DNA from: Planctomycetota bacterium
GTDB lineage: Bacteria; Planctomycetota; GCA-002687715; CAIWVZ01
Assembly (NCBI GenBank): GCA_044222185.1
Contig: JBGANV010000005.1
Span: 224,001-288,000, forward strand
Direction: 5' to 3'
Length of the DNA stretch: 64,000 nucleotides
Shown: positions 62,356 to 64,000 of the stretch, in pieces
How positions within the stretch are numbered: the first letter of the stretch is position 1
Layout of the letters: every line of letters starts with the position of its first letter
The notes under the pieces: model-generated
The model's database searches: none
Seen by the model: the letters and a program-made list of their open reading frames with translations, nothing else
What the model was told of the DNA's origin: nothing
Position numbers and translations under genes: made by a program

Positions 62356-63609
62356 ATGTCGTCGAAAACACGGTGGATCGCAGCGGCGCTGCTTCTCGCC
62401 ACGGCCAGGGCGGCCGGGCAGGGCGCCGACGAAGGCAAGCTGCGCGAGGCCGTCATCGCCTACGTGCAAGCCACGGGGTCCGCGGAGGCTCCGGCGCTGA
62501 AGAAGGCCTGCGACGTCGCGAAGTTCGATTTCGCGACCCTGGCGAGGATCTTCTCGACGTGGCGCCCGCTCACGAAGGCGAAGCCCGGCACCTACCATGA
62601 CGTGGCCTTCACGAGCCGCGGGCAGTCGTGGACGTATTCGATCAGGCTCCCGAAGTCGTATGACGGCACGAAGCGCTTCCCCGTTCTCGTTCTCCCGGAT
62701 CACGGGTCCGTCGATGCGGAGGACGGCATCGCGTTCTGGGAATCGAATCCCGCCGTCGAGACCTGTGTCCTGTTCCGGCCGCAGATCGCCAGGTTCAAGG
62801 AGGACGAGAAGCGCTTCCCCGACCAGCAGTTCTTCGCCATCGACCAGGCGATGGCCGAGGTCATGAACGCGGCCCTCACCCACCTTCGTCTGAACTACGC
62901 CGTCGATCCGTCGGCGTTCACCATGACCGGTCTGTCGCAGGCTGGCTACTACACCTGGTACTACGGAGTGTCCTTCCCCGATCAGTTCGCCGCGATCATC
63001 CCGGAGTCGGCCGGCGGACAGGCAGTCCGTGCCGCAGTACTCCCGCTCGCCGCGAATCTCGCCGGCGTGAACGTGCGCATCCTGCACGGACGGGGCGACC
63101 AGATCTGCCCGTTCGCCGACGCCGAGGCCATGAATGGTGCGTTGAGCTCGGCGGCTCGCGCCAAGCGAGAGTTCATCGTCTACGAGGACGCGGATTACGC
63201 GGGAACCCCACTCGCGAATCGCCACCCCGGCCCGCACCACCTCCGACTGAAGAACGTCATGAGCTGGGTCGGCGCGATGAAGCGAACCGTGCCGACGAGC
63301 GTCGAGCGCGTCATCCGCTACAAGCAACAGGGGCACGAGGGCACCTGGCGGGTGGAACCTCCCCCGACGCCCACCCAGCCCCTGACCGTCAAACTCACCG
63401 AAACGAAGGGCAAGCTCTCGGCCGTCGGCACCAACGCCACCTACCTGGTTTCGATCGCCGAGCTCGTCGCGAACAAGACGTTCACGATCGGGACCCTGAT
63501 CATGGGAACGAAGTCCGACGTCGGGGCAGCGCTCGCATCGTTCAAGGCCACGGGCGATCCCGCCCGCGTGTACGCCGCCGAAGTGTTCGTCCAGCGCGCC
63601 GGTCGCTGA
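62356..63609 (+). CDS. Secreted alpha/beta hydrolase (esterase/peptidase-like)
   Basis: GAGG RBS, signal peptide, RLPKSYD..FPVLV, GLSQAG (GxSxxG), HGRGDQIC and PHH. Confidence 0.8.
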   Translation: MSSKTRWIAAALLLATARAAGQGADEGKLREAVIAYVQATGSAEAPALKKACDVAKFDFATLARIFSTWRPLTKAKPGTYHDVAFTSRGQSWTYSIRLPKSYDGTKRFPVLVLPDHGSVDAEDGIAFWESNPAVETCVLFRPQIARFKEDEKRFPDQQFFAIDQAMAEVMNAALTHLRLNYAVDPSAFTMTGLSQAGYYTWYYGVSFPDQFAAIIPESAGGQAVRAAVLPLAANLAGVNVRILHGRGDQICPFADAEAMNGALSSAARAKREFIVYEDADYAGTPLANRHPGPHHLRLKNVMSWVGAMKRTVPTSVERVIRYKQQGHEGTWRVEPPPTPTQPLTVKLTETKGKLSAVGTNATYLVSIAELVANKTFTIGTLIMGTKSDVGAALASFKATGDPARVYAAEVFVQRAGR

Positions 63610-63625
63610 CCGGGCGACGCGGCGT

Positions 63626-64000
63626 TCACCTCGCGCCGCCGTCGGAGACCGTCACCGGCGTCCCGACTTCGGGCACGGAATCCGTCTCGTCGAGAAGGAC
63701 GCGACCGGTGGCCGCCGAGTCCGTGACGGCGACGACCTCGAAGTCGAGACGCATCGCCCGCGGCAACGCCAGCGTGATGGTCTGGCCCGGACGAAGACGC
63801 CGCTCCGGGGGCGTGATGTGAAGGAGCGAAGCGCCGCGATCGAACCGGATGACCTTGACGACGGCATCACGGGTGACCGGAGGCGCTTCGGCGAGCAGCG
63901 CCGCCGCGCCGACGGTCGCGCCGCAGCAACCGATACGCGCGTGCAGGCCGGTCGTGACCACGGCAGTCGACGCCAACAAGGCGACCACGAGGACGTTCGC
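63626..64000 (-). CDS. Hypothetical exported/membrane protein, C-terminal part (starts outside the window)
   Basis: Open frame from the window edge with a hydrophobic segment and a small beta-rich C-terminal domain; convergent with the hydrolase gene. Confidence 0.4.
   Translation of the reverse strand, partial: ANVLVVALLASTAVVTTGLHARIGCCGATVGAAALLAEAPPVTRDAVVKVIRFDRGASLLHITPPERRLRPGQTITLALPRAMRLDFEVVAVTDSAATGRVLLDETDSVPEVGTPVTVSDGGAR

Overview
High-GC bacterial chromosomal segment; the gene content suggests Planctomycetota or a related lineage (inference only). It holds about 43 CDSs, and I saw no rRNA, tRNA, CRISPR array or intact transposase. Left to right: a partial membrane sensor gene; an orphan type IV pilin-like gene; a small regulon (membrane protein, winged-helix regulator, IspH/B12-radical SAM fusion) with two copies of a 17-bp palindromic operator; a c-di-AMP (ydaO) riboswitch upstream of a flotillin-like gene; a four-domain glycosyltransferase; an ECF sigma/anti-sigma pair whose anti-sigma gene has an internal ribosome-binding site; a hybrid histidine kinase, MFS transporter and amidohydrolase. 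Next is a TE-less NRPS locus (MbtH, A-T-C-A-T NRPS, two coupled alpha/beta hydrolases, a polysaccharide deacetylase) divergent from a flippase and an SGNH protein, with a PPTase nearby. This is my best candidate for an undescribed system: NRPS-dependent peptide decoration of a surface glycan. Then come a GH3/beta-lactamase fusion, a decayed toxin-antitoxin remnant, a chimeric ORF built from pieces of two nearby genes, a DEAD-box helicase with a His-rich tail, and a MoxR/Bat operon with an extra PPIase gene. The right end has a REP-like repeat and two adjacent enzyme homologues (class V aminotransferase, GT4) that both lack canonical catalytic residues. All calls come from reading motifs by eye; no database searches were run, and several start codons are best guesses.
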